Positions 9,503 through 18,252 of a stretch of DNA of 64,000 nt are shown here, one piece after another; within the stretch, counting starts at the first letter, position 1, and each line of letters opens with the position of its first letter. Position numbers and translations under genes: made by a program. The DNA comes from Bacillales bacterium (GTDB lineage: Bacteria > Bacillota_I > Bacilli_A > RFN20 > CAG-449), in assembly GCA_029006735.1 (NCBI GenBank), contig JAQXGN010000055.1, positions 3,239-67,238 on the forward strand. Reading direction: 5' to 3'. The notes under the pieces are model-generated. The model saw nothing but the letters and a program-made list of their open reading frames with translations, had not been told where the DNA came from and did no database searches.

Positions 9503-9838
9503 ATGGAAGAAGTAAAATTAAGTATTATTAAAAAAGCAATTGATGAGAAAAAAGCGGAAGACATTGAAGTAATTGATGTTACTGGACACAATCCTTTTTA
9601 TGATTTTGTTGTGATCGCGACTATCGGTAATTCTCGTCAAGCAAACGCTATTGTTGATGAAATAAGCAAGAATTTAGCTTTAATCAAAGAAGAAGTTAAT
9701 CATATTGAAGGTGATACATCTTCTTCTGATTGGATTTTAATTGATTGCAATGGTATTATTGTTCATTTATTCACCCTCCAAGAGCGTTTAAGAATCAATC
9801 TTGAAGAATTGCTTAAGAAGAACTTAAAACGTTTCTAG
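9503..9838 (+). CDS. rsfS: ribosome silencing factor RsfS
   Basis: 111 aa with KKAEDIEVIDV...FYDFVVIATIGNSRQANAI...DWILIDCNGIIVHLF. Confidence 0.85.
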   Translation: MEEVKLSIIKKAIDEKKAEDIEVIDVTGHNPFYDFVVIATIGNSRQANAIVDEISKNLALIKEEVNHIEGDTSSSDWILIDCNGIIVHLFTLQERLRINLEELLKKNLKRF

Positions 9839-9848
9839 AGGTGTTAAA

Positions 9849-10535
9849 ATGGGGAAAATATATAGTCTTATTGTTGCAGCAATGCAAGTTGAATTTGATG
9901 CTTTAAAAAATGAACTTGATTCTTATAGAGAAATAGAAGTTCAGAATGAAAAGCTTTTAGAGTTTTCTTTAAATGGAGAATATTATTTATTAGGTTTAGG
10001 AAAAATAGGGAAAGTTAGTACGGCTTTTTTTCTTGGTAAATTATTTTCTTGCTTAACAATTAAAAGAGTTTTTAACATCGGTACTTCTGGTGGAGTAAAT
10101 TCTTCATTAAATATTTCTGATGTGATTATTGCTACTGAGGTAGGGTATTATGATGTTGATGTTATCGACTTTGGTTATCAAATGGGACAAGTTCCTGGGT
10201 TTCCTAAATATTTTACTTCTGATTTAAATTTTATAGAGTCTAAGAAGATTTCAAGTAAGTTTAATATTGTTAAAGGATTAATTCTTTCGGGTGATAATTT
10301 CGTCTCTAAGAGAGTCTATAACAAGACAATTTTAAAAGATGTAAAAGAGTGTCTTGCTTGCGAAATGGAAGCGGGAGCAGTCGCACAATGCTGTTATTCA
10401 ATGAATATTCCATTTGTAATAATTCGATCGATTTCTGATATTGTAACTAAGGATGACAACAATCTAGATTTAGATAAAAATGAGAAGAGCGTATCAACTA
10501 ATTCTGCGTTAGTATTACTCGAATTGATTAAATAA
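9849..10535 (+). CDS. mtnN: 5'-methylthioadenosine/S-adenosylhomocysteine nucleosidase
   Basis: PNP/UDP family; AAMQVEF, GTSGG, CEMEAGAVAQ and IRSISD motifs. Confidence 0.8.
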   Translation: MGKIYSLIVAAMQVEFDALKNELDSYREIEVQNEKLLEFSLNGEYYLLGLGKIGKVSTAFFLGKLFSCLTIKRVFNIGTSGGVNSSLNISDVIIATEVGYYDVDVIDFGYQMGQVPGFPKYFTSDLNFIESKKISSKFNIVKGLILSGDNFVSKRVYNKTILKDVKECLACEMEAGAVAQCCYSMNIPFVIIRSISDIVTKDDNNLDLDKNEKSVSTNSALVLLELIK

Positions 10536-10551
10536 TTAAATAAATAATAAT

Positions 10552-10581
10552 GCTAGTAAGTGTGATATTTACTAGCTTTTT
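10552..10581 (+). terminator. rho-independent terminator of the yqeG-mtnN operon
   Basis: GCTAGTAA-9 nt loop-TTACTAGC followed by TTTTT. Confidence 0.7.
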
Positions 10582-10669
10582 AATTGTCTAAAATTGTCAG
10601 GTAATAGGGGATTTATACACATTTAGACATTATTTTCTTATAAATTTCCTAAAATTGTCTTTTTATATT

Positions 10670-10697
10670 ACTTCGCATAATACTCATTATGTAAACT
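10670..10697. other. dif: dif chromosome-dimer resolution site (XerC arm ACTTCGCATAA, spacer TACTCA, XerD arm TTATGTAAACT)
   Basis: 22/28 identity to the B. subtilis dif sequence as I recall it (ACTTCCTAGAATATATATTATGTAAACT), with the XerD arm 11/11. CGCATAA also matches the E. coli dif left arm. It lies in the convergent gap between the + and - strand gene runs, with xerD 1.4 kb away. Confidence 0.8.
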
Positions 10698-10812
10698 AAA
10701 TATATAATAAAATGCGATATTTCGACATTTTATATTAATAATTATTAATGTATCAAATAGATATTAGTATAGTTATCCACAATTATTTAAATATTATTTT
10801 TATTAAATTATC

Positions 10813-10845
10813 TACTATATAAATACTAAATATCTACTAAATGCG
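10813..10845 (+). repeat. TACTA-N6 x3 array, 11-bp phased direct repeats (copy 2)
   Basis: Units read tactatataaa/tactaaatatc/tactaaatgcg. The array is 116 bp from dif and lies beyond the deoB terminator. Confidence 0.8.
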
Positions 10846-10855
10846 ATAATAATAT

Positions 10856-10892
10856 AAAAACTAGATGTCATTTAATTATTATTTCCATCTAG
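10856..10892 (-). terminator. probable terminator of deoB
   Basis: On the - strand, CTAGATG-18 nt loop-CATCTAG is followed by TTTTT. The large loop lowers confidence. Confidence 0.5.
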
Positions 10893-10902
10893 TTATATAT
10901 GA

Positions 10903-12093
10903 TTAGTTTAATACTTCTTTAAATGGTTCTCCAATTTGATTTTCTTTCTTTAAATCAAAGTTTGTAATGATTGTCGCACCTATATCTGCAAATGTATTAT
11001 GTTCGTTAAGCTTTCTTCCATCTTTAATTGATTTCGAATAAATTATTAATGGGACTTTTTCACGTGTATGATCTGATCCCTCCCAAGTTGGATCATTTCC
11101 ATGATCTGCAGTTATCATTAATAAATCATCTTCATTAAGTAAAGGAAGAAGTTCACCTAACTTTATATCAAACTCTTCAATCGCTTTACCATAACCAATT
11201 GGATCTCGACGATGACCATATTCAGAATCAAATTCAACTAAGTTTACAAAACATAAACCTTTCCAAGAATTATCTAATGCTTCTAATATAGTCTTATTCA
11301 TTCCATCTAAATTAGATATTGTCTTTTGGGTTTTAGTAACTCCAACCCCATTAAATATATCTGATATTTTCCCAATACAAGACACAGTATAATTATTATC
11401 TTGTAAAATATTCATATATGTTCTTCCGCTTGGTGATAAAGCTAAATCATGTCTATTTGGTGTTCTTTTAAAGTTAGTTGGATTAGTTCCGATAAATGGT
11501 CTAGCGATAATTCTACCTAAATAATATTCAGGTCTTAGGCATATTTCTCTAGCGATATCACAATAATGATATAATTCTGGAACTGGAATTATATCTTCAT
11601 TCGCTGCAATTTGTAAAACTGAATCTGCACTTGTATAAACGATTAAGTCACCTGTTTTTAGTTGATGTTCTCCCCATTTTTTTATAATTTCTGTTCCACT
11701 AGCAGCACAATTACCAACTATTTTTCTTCCACATCTATCTTCTAATTCTTTGATTAATGCTTCAGGGAAACCGGATTCTGTAAATGTTTTAAATGGTTTA
11801 GTTGTATAAATACCCATCATTTCCCAATGTCCAGTCATTGTATCTTTACCATTAGATAGTTCATTACATTTTAAAACATAACTACTTTTATGTTCTACTT
11901 TATTAGTTCCAATGATATCATCTAAATCCCCTATACCTAATTTATTTAAATTTGGTATTTTTAAGCCATTACACGATTGAGAAATATGAACAAAGGTATT
12001 TGTTCCTTTATCATTGAATTTATCAGAATCTGCCATTTCTCCAATTCCTAATGAATCACATACTATTAGAAATATTCTTTTATATTTTTTCAT
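10903..12093 (-). CDS. deoB: phosphopentomutase
   Basis: [19 protein letters not shown]..., [16 protein letters not shown] and GSDHTRE metal-site motifs. Confidence 0.9.
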   Translation of the reverse strand: MKKYKRIFLIVCDSLGIGEMADSDKFNDKGTNTFVHISQSCNGLKIPNLNKLGIGDLDDIIGTNKVEHKSSYVLKCNELSNGKDTMTGHWEMMGIYTTKPFKTFTESGFPEALIKELEDRCGRKIVGNCAASGTEIIKKWGEHQLKTGDLIVYTSADSVLQIAANEDIIPVPELYHYCDIAREICLRPEYYLGRIIARPFIGTNPTNFKRTPNRHDLALSPSGRTYMNILQDNNYTVSCIGKISDIFNGVGVTKTQKTISNLDGMNKTILEALDNSWKGLCFVNLVEFDSEYGHRRDPIGYGKAIEEFDIKLGELLPLLNEDDLLMITADHGNDPTWEGSDHTREKVPLIIYSKSIKDGRKLNEHNTFADIGATIITNFDLKKENQIGEPFKEVLN

Positions 12094-12135
12094 GATATTC
12101 CTTCTTTCTTACTTTTTTATTTTACCATATTATTA

Positions 12136-13011
12136 TTAATTCATGTACTTATCATATGCAGATAGTATTCTTTTTGTTGATACATGGGTATAGATTTGTG
12201 TAGTAGTTATTTTACTATGGCCTAACATTTGTTGGACCATGATTAATTCTGCCCCACATTCTAATAAATGTGTTGCAAAACTATGTCGCAATGTATGAGG
12301 TGATATCTCATCTTTAATACCTGCCATTTCAGCATATTTTTTTACTTGTTTCCAAAAGAATTGACGAGTAAGTACTTCTCCATGATGATTTAAGAATAAA
12401 TAATCACTCTTTTTATTTACATTTTTATTCCTAACTTCTTTAATATATTTATTTAAATATTCTAATGCAAACTCTCCAATTGGTATTATGCGATCTTTAT
12501 TGCCTTTTCCTTGAACTACTTTTATACAATTTAATGAAGTAGAAAAAGAAGATAACTTTAGATTTAATAACTCACTTACACGTAATCCACAAGAATACAT
12601 AACTTCTAACATTGCTCTATCTCTAATACCAATATCTTTAGATAGATCAGGTTGCTCAAATAAAGATTCTATATCTTCTATAGATAAAACAGAAGGCAAA
12701 TGTTTACCTATTTTTGGGGTTTCAATTGTTTTAGCTTCAATTTTTAGAATATTTTCTCTAGTTAAAAATGTATAAAATGATTTAATTGTAATTGCTCTTC
12801 TACTAATTGTTGATGAACTTTTACCTTCATTTCCTAAATATACGATGTATTTCTTGATATCTAGATAATCTAATTGATCAGTATCTTCTTTTTTTAAAAA
12901 ACGAAAAAACAACTCTAAATCTTCTTTATAATTATTATAAGTTTGATTAGATAATCCTTTTTCTACTAATATATATTCTAAAAATCTATCTATTGCATCA
13001 TCTATTCTCAT
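12136..13011 (-). CDS. xerD: site-specific tyrosine recombinase XerD
   Basis: GLRVSEL, GKGNKDRIIP, LTRQFFWKQVKKYA, PHTLRHSFATHLL and LGHSKITTTQIYTH are present. The xerD-deoB order matches Bacillus and the gene is adjacent to dif. Confidence 0.85.
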   Translation of the reverse strand: MRIDDAIDRFLEYILVEKGLSNQTYNNYKEDLELFFRFLKKEDTDQLDYLDIKKYIVYLGNEGKSSSTISRRAITIKSFYTFLTRENILKIEAKTIETPKIGKHLPSVLSIEDIESLFEQPDLSKDIGIRDRAMLEVMYSCGLRVSELLNLKLSSFSTSLNCIKVVQGKGNKDRIIPIGEFALEYLNKYIKEVRNKNVNKKSDYLFLNHHGEVLTRQFFWKQVKKYAEMAGIKDEISPHTLRHSFATHLLECGAELIMVQQMLGHSKITTTQIYTHVSTKRILSAYDKYMN

Positions 13012-13016
13012 TTATT

Positions 13017-14186
13017 TTATTCCTTTTTTAATTTACTCGCGGGAATGAGCATTTCTTTATTCATCTTATTATTGATTTGATTGATAATAATCCTGGTTTT
13101 GCACTCTTCTTGATGTTTTGAAAGATTGAAGAAGTTGGTTTGTTCTTGATAATCTTCTCTATTTGTAAGGTTAGATAAAGTAACTCCAATTAAACGTATT
13201 AACTTCCCTTCAAAGTATTCATTATATAATTCTAAAGCACATTTATAGATATCTTCAAATTTATTAGTTGCATAATCTATTGTTTTTCCTTTTGAAAAAC
13301 TTTTAAATTCAGAATTTTTAATGATTAGCGTAATCTTTTTACCGATTTTATTTTGTTTAGTTGCATCTTTAGAGACACCTTGAGATAAAACATAAATCAT
13401 TTGTTTAATTTCTTCATAATCAGCCGTATCAAATAAAAAAGTTGATGAATGTCCAACTGATTTTGGATCCCATTGTTCAACGATTACTTCATCACATCCT
13501 TTTCCATAAACCCAATCTTTGAATTGTTGATAGTTTACACCTAATAATTTTTTAAGTTCTTTAGATTCATTTAAAGCAAAATCTCTAATTGTATGAATTC
13601 CTAATTCTTTTAATTTAGGAGCAGTTTTTTTCCCTATGCCATACATATCTTCTATTTTAATAGGCCACAATATTTTTTTAATATCTTTTCGTCTAATAAT
13701 AGTAATACCCATTGGTTTTTTTATATCTGATGCCATTTTTGCTAAAAATTTAGTTGGAGCTAAGCCGATAGAACATAATAATTTTGTTTCTTTATATAAA
13801 TTATCTTGGAGTTCTTTAAGAAATTGTTCAGGAGAAGAACAATTTTTCATACATTCTGTCATATCTGCATAACATTCATCAATAGAAGCGATTTCTATAA
13901 TATTAGTATATCTTTTTATATATGAAAAAAAATCTTGGCTTAATCGATGATATAATTCAAAATCAGATGAGCGAATAATTACTTCCGGACATAATCTTCT
14001 TGCCATATATGTCGGCATAGCAGATTTGATTCCATATTTCCTAGCCTCATAACTGGCAGTTGAAACGATACCTCTTCTAGTAGTACCAGCAATAATTAAT
14101 GGTTTACCAATTAAGGAAGGATCTTTAATGGTTTCTGCGGTTGCAAAAAAAGCATTTAAATCAATATGCATAATGATTTTCGCCAT
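13017..14186 (-). CDS. dinB: DNA polymerase IV (Y-family)
   Basis: IMHIDLNAFFA, SIDECY and GIGKKTAPKL motifs; SD AGGAGG upstream. Confidence 0.85.
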   Translation of the reverse strand: MAKIIMHIDLNAFFATAETIKDPSLIGKPLIIAGTTRRGIVSTASYEARKYGIKSAMPTYMARRLCPEVIIRSSDFELYHRLSQDFFSYIKRYTNIIEIASIDECYADMTECMKNCSSPEQFLKELQDNLYKETKLLCSIGLAPTKFLAKMASDIKKPMGITIIRRKDIKKILWPIKIEDMYGIGKKTAPKLKELGIHTIRDFALNESKELKKLLGVNYQQFKDWVYGKGCDEVIVEQWDPKSVGHSSTFLFDTADYEEIKQMIYVLSQGVSKDATKQNKIGKKITLIIKNSEFKSFSKGKTIDYATNKFEDIYKCALELYNEYFEGKLIRLIGVTLSNLTNREDYQEQTNFFNLSKHQEECKTRIIINQINNKMNKEMLIPASKLKKE

Positions 14187-14244
14187 AAGAAATCCTCCTA
14201 TTTAAATTATAATTCATTATCATTTGATTTAAAATATTTGTTTA

Positions 14245-15627
14245 TTAATCTATCGAATGTTTGATTTGATTATTGTTTGATATATTTGTAAGATTTTTAA
14301 TCCATTTTCCTGAAATAATTAAGAAGAATCCGGCGACAAATTTTAATAAATCAATCGCATAAACTACCATAACAAAATAGATTAATGGTAAATTTGTTAT
14401 TTTTAATAAAAGAAAAGATAATGGAATTTGAATACCCCAAGAATAGAAAGAATCAAATAAGATTACAATAATTGATTTCCCTCCACTTCTAATAATAAAG
14501 AAAAATGAATTATTGCATGAACAAATAATGACATATATTGAATATACATAAATTAAGTATTTACCAAGCTGTCTAACATTTTCTTCTAAACCTGTATAAG
14601 AAGAAGAAATAACAGGAGCAAGAATAGTAAGGATACATCCTAAAACAATACCAACTATTAATGAATACGCCATAGAAATATATGATTTTTGTTTTGATTC
14701 TTTATTTTTACCTTCACCAAGAAGATTACCGATTAAAATAGTAATAGATTGACCAAATCCTAAACAAACAACAAATATTAAATTATAAATAGTTGTTGCA
14801 ATTGGTAAAGCAACTGTTGCAATTGGATCATTTTTATTAAAAATAAAGACTAGCATTGTTTGTCCTAATGCCCATAAACCTTCATTTAATATCAACGGAA
14901 TAGAACGTACTATGAGTTTTGAAAATAGATTTTTATCAACTTTAATATTGTTTTTTATATCATATACGAAATCATATTTCTTAAAAATGATAAAAATTAT
15001 TAAAATAATCATTTCAAAAAATCTTTCGACAATTGTGCCAACTGCTGCACCTGTTGCACCCATTTTAGGCATATTCAAATAACCGAAAATTAAAATGAAA
15101 TTAACACCGAAGTTAATTATAGCACCAATTCCAGTTATTATCATTGGTAAAACTGTTTTATGAGATTCTCTTAAACAAGTAGAAATTGACGATGTAATAG
15201 CGTAAGGTATTAATTGAATTGTAATCAATTTTAAGTATTTACAAGCAATAATTATTTCTGCTTCATCATTAGTGAATAAGAGTACTAGTTGCTTGTTACA
15301 AGTTAAAGCTACAATTATACAAATTAAGGCAAGTATAAATGACATCAAAAGTTTAAAAGAAAAACATTGTGTCATATATTTCTTATCTTTACTACCATAG
15401 AATTGAGAAAAGAAAATACTTCCTCCTTCTGTCGCTCCAAAAATCAATAAATTCATAACAAAGATGATTTGGTTTGCAATAAATACTCCACTAACAGAAG
15501 CATTATCTAATTTCCCAACCATCATTGTGTCTAATAAAGAGGCAATATTTAAAAAGAATTGTTGAATAATAATGGGAATTGCGATTATGGTTAATTTTTT
15601 TATAAAATTAAAAATATCTTTCTTCAT
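14245..15627 (-). CDS. MATE family efflux transporter
   Basis: 12-TM protein with a typical MATE N-terminus (PIIIQQFFLNIASLLDTMMVGKL). The TTG start at 15639 was trimmed to ATG 15627, which follows GGAGG. Confidence 0.75.
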   Translation of the reverse strand: MKKDIFNFIKKLTIIAIPIIIQQFFLNIASLLDTMMVGKLDNASVSGVFIANQIIFVMNLLIFGATEGGSIFFSQFYGSKDKKYMTQCFSFKLLMSFILALICIIVALTCNKQLVLLFTNDEAEIIIACKYLKLITIQLIPYAITSSISTCLRESHKTVLPMIITGIGAIINFGVNFILIFGYLNMPKMGATGAAVGTIVERFFEMIILIIFIIFKKYDFVYDIKNNIKVDKNLFSKLIVRSIPLILNEGLWALGQTMLVFIFNKNDPIATVALPIATTIYNLIFVVCLGFGQSITILIGNLLGEGKNKESKQKSYISMAYSLIVGIVLGCILTILAPVISSSYTGLEENVRQLGKYLIYVYSIYVIICSCNNSFFFIIRSGGKSIIVILFDSFYSWGIQIPLSFLLLKITNLPLIYFVMVVYAIDLLKFVAGFFLIISGKWIKNLTNISNNNQIKHSID

Positions 15628-15699
15628 ATAAACCTCCAAACTTTATTATTATAACAAAATAGATTTTTATTTCAAACTGAATAAAATGAAACAAAAATA

Positions 15700-15735
15700 G
15701 AAAGAAATAAAAAAAGAGAAATTTTTTTCTCTTTT
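15700..15735 (-). terminator. terminator downstream of the glycosyltransferase-like gene
   Basis: AAAAGAGAA-loop-TTCTCTTTT hairpin (15712-15735), followed on the - strand by a T-rich tract. The stem is AT-rich. Confidence 0.55.
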
Positions 15736-15745
15736 ACAAATTATT

Positions 15746-15778
15746 TACTAATTTATTACTAAATATATACTAAACAAT
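15746..15778 (+). repeat. TACTA-N6 x3 array, 11-bp phased direct repeats (copy 3)
   Basis: Units read tactaatttat/tactaaatata/tactaaacaat. The array lies between the stop of gene 15789-17225 and its terminator. Confidence 0.8.
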
Positions 15779-15788
15779 AAATTTTTGC

Positions 15789-17225
15789 TTATTTTCCTTT
15801 TACTGCAAGCTTGACGACTTCATATCCACCATCATAGTAATGGGTTTTTTTCAAAGCGATGATTCTATTATTTAATTCAATTAAAATTCTAGAATCATTT
15901 ATTAATAAGTCAATCATATTATTTAATTCTTTTTTTGTTTTACATTCATAAGTAGAATCACCAATCTCTTGAGCGTAATAAGCTCCATACTTCTCATGGC
16001 CACCGATATGTTTGTTAAATATCTTTGGAATTGGATAGAAACTTAATTCACTTGGTTTTGTAATTAAGATATCGGATTTACGCATTAATAAATTAGTTGA
16101 ATATACTGCTTCAAAAATATTTTCATTATATATCGCATATATACCTTTAAAATCATCATTACTAATTATTTCTTTTAATTTACTATATTCGTTAAATAAT
16201 AAGGTTGAATTCTCTTCAATAGAAGGAATATGTTTTTTAATATAGTTCCAAACTTTTAAATGATCTCCAAAATTAATAAATACTATAACTTTACCTTTTT
16301 TTACTAATGGAAGAAGATGATTTAATGTTTCTAAATACATCTTTTCACCTGCACCTGCTCCTCCAACTGTTAATAATATACGTAAAGGTTGTTTATTATT
16401 AATTCGATTAATTCTTTCCTGACAATCTTTTTCTACATTAGAAACTAATTCATGGTCGATATAATGACCAACTTGAAATAGTTCATTATCTGGAATGCCT
16501 TTTAATGTTCTTTTTTTATCAAAGCCATTTAAAGATTTATAACCTAAATACGCATATGGGGTTTGTACAGTATGAATTGCTCCTTCAGAAAGATGTAAGG
16601 CCATTGGCCAATTATCTGGGATTGCATTTACAACATGGGTTAAAGAAGCATGAACTGCTCCTTGGCTTGGCCAAACATGAGTTGCAATGAAAGGTATATC
16701 TTTAGGAAATTCTTGATATAAAGGAGTTAATAATTCCGTATTTTTTTGATCGCAAGCATTATATGTTAATTTTTTAAAGCCTTCTGAATTTAAATATTCC
16801 CAATATTTATTAAAAAGAATTGATCTTTGTGATAATTTTGACCCTAATGAATATAAATCATTTTGTGATTTAATAAATTTAGATCCAGTTGATTCTTTAA
16901 AACTAGAAACATCAAACCAATAAGGAACATACCCTAATGCTTTCGCACATGAACAAATAGCTAAAGAGATACGATAATGACCAAATCCCATACGAATATT
17001 CCCAATCACTACGCCTCGAGAATCAAATTCACATTTTTGGTCACCAATTACGAGGTTTTTAATACCTAGTTCATCAATCTCTTTAATTGGTTCAGTTTTA
17101 AAATGATAAGTAACATTTGAATCATCAGAAAACTTTTTAATGAATTTCGCTTTTGATTTTAGGGCTTTTTTATATGTTTTATTATCAATTTTATTGCCGA
17201 ATATATATTTTGATTTATCTTCCAT
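15789..17225 (-). CDS. putative GT-B glycosyltransferase (MGDG synthase/UgtP/MurG-like) with a novel N-terminal region
   Basis: By eye, LRILLTVGGAGAGEK... and SDILITKPSELSFYPIPKI...GHEKYGA resemble the UgtP C-terminal half (AGAHG..., CMITKPGGITLTEA...GQEKENA). The N-terminal GFGHYR resembles the GNGH motif. Confidence 0.45.
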   Translation of the reverse strand: MEDKSKYIFGNKIDNKTYKKALKSKAKFIKKFSDDSNVTYHFKTEPIKEIDELGIKNLVIGDQKCEFDSRGVVIGNIRMGFGHYRISLAICSCAKALGYVPYWFDVSSFKESTGSKFIKSQNDLYSLGSKLSQRSILFNKYWEYLNSEGFKKLTYNACDQKNTELLTPLYQEFPKDIPFIATHVWPSQGAVHASLTHVVNAIPDNWPMALHLSEGAIHTVQTPYAYLGYKSLNGFDKKRTLKGIPDNELFQVGHYIDHELVSNVEKDCQERINRINNKQPLRILLTVGGAGAGEKMYLETLNHLLPLVKKGKVIVFINFGDHLKVWNYIKKHIPSIEENSTLLFNEYSKLKEIISNDDFKGIYAIYNENIFEAVYSTNLLMRKSDILITKPSELSFYPIPKIFNKHIGGHEKYGAYYAQEIGDSTYECKTKKELNNMIDLLINDSRILIELNNRIIALKKTHYYDGGYEVVKLAVKGK

Positions 17226-17311
17226 AATTACTCCTTGATAGATTAACTATCAATTTGATTTATAACCTATCTAATCTAATCTTAATGAAAAATTATCTTA
17301 ATGTCAATATG

Positions 17312-18094
17312 TTAATAGCTTGGTAATTTTGCATCTATTTTATTATCTTTTAATGAAATATAATCAGAAATCATCGCAATAAATTCTGAATTAGTTGGTT
17401 TTGCTTTACTTGCTGATATTGTATAACCAAATATTTCATCTATCGTATCAATATTTCCCCTATTCCATGCTACTTCAATCGCATGTCTAATTGCTCTTTC
17501 TACTCTTGAACCAGTTGTTTTATATTTTTTTGCAATTTCTGGATATAATACTTTAGTAATTTGTCCGATATATTCTGGATTAGAATATGAAGAAGTAATC
17601 GCCGTTCTAAGGTATTGATATCCTTTAATATGAGCAGGAATACCAACATCATGTAATACTTTGGTAATTTTTTGCTCTAATGAATCATCAATTGGCGTAA
17701 AGTTTTTAGTCAAATCAAGATTCATATTTATATGTTTTAATAATGATTCTACTGAATTTGGTTTTAAAATAAATTGATCCCCACCTAATGATGATACTAA
17801 AGCAAGAATATGATCATTAACCATACTAGATTGACAAATAATCGTTTGAATAGAAGGATAATCATCAATATTTAGTTTTAGTTCCTGTAATACTTCAAAT
17901 CCATCCATAATCGGCATAACCATATCAAGAATTAATACATCAATTTTATTAAAATATTTAATCTTGTCTAGTCCACTTTTTCCATCATTTGCATAACCAA
18001 CTACTTTCATATTTTCTTGTGTAGATAAGAAGCGACATACTTCAGTAATATAATCCTCATTATCATCGATAATAAAAACTGATTTTTTTTCCAT
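17312..18094 (-). CDS. spo0A: sporulation master regulator Spo0A
   Basis: Receiver domain (FIIDDNED...LDMVMP) plus the Spo0A-specific C-terminus ([19 protein letters not shown]). The start was moved to ATG 18094, preceded by GAAAGGA, because the ORF-track ATG at 18124 has no SD. Confidence 0.9.
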   Translation of the reverse strand: MEKKSVFIIDDNEDYITEVCRFLSTQENMKVVGYANDGKSGLDKIKYFNKIDVLILDMVMPIMDGFEVLQELKLNIDDYPSIQTIICQSSMVNDHILALVSSLGGDQFILKPNSVESLLKHINMNLDLTKNFTPIDDSLEQKITKVLHDVGIPAHIKGYQYLRTAITSSYSNPEYIGQITKVLYPEIAKKYKTTGSRVERAIRHAIEVAWNRGNIDTIDEIFGYTISASKAKPTNSEFIAMISDYISLKDNKIDAKLPSY

Positions 18095-18252
18095 AAATTT
18101 TATTCCTTTCGAATTAATTATCATTTTTATATCGCATTTTGTTATATAAAAAAAATAAAAGAAGAATTACTGTATTTAATTCTCCTTTCAAACGAATTAA
18201 TAATATTAGAGTTCGCAAATAAAGTTTATTCGCTTTTCTTGCAACATCTATT

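Noticed and set aside
10721-10727. A perfect Spo0A 0A-box (TTCGACA, complement TGTCGAA) next to dif.
   Set aside because: It is a single 7-mer of a kind expected several times per window by chance, and there is no downstream gene or promoter to regulate.
10613-10781. Two DnaA-box matches (TTATACACA at 10613-10621 and a perfect TTATCCACA at 10773-10781) in the long AT-rich gap, which could suggest an origin or a DnaA-box cluster.
   Set aside because: The gap contains dif and is flanked by convergent genes, which is terminus geometry rather than origin geometry. There is no dnaA or dnaN nearby. At this base composition, several TTATNCACA matches per 64 kb are expected by chance. They are kept only as part of the repeat description.
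18130-18139. AAATGCGATA, found twice in the dif gap, also occurs (as its complement) just upstream of spo0A, hinting at a shared operator.
   Set aside because: Shorter variants of the core (ATGCGATA) also occur inside coding regions (for example near 16131, 50151 and 52093), so the enrichment is not convincing without a genome-wide count.
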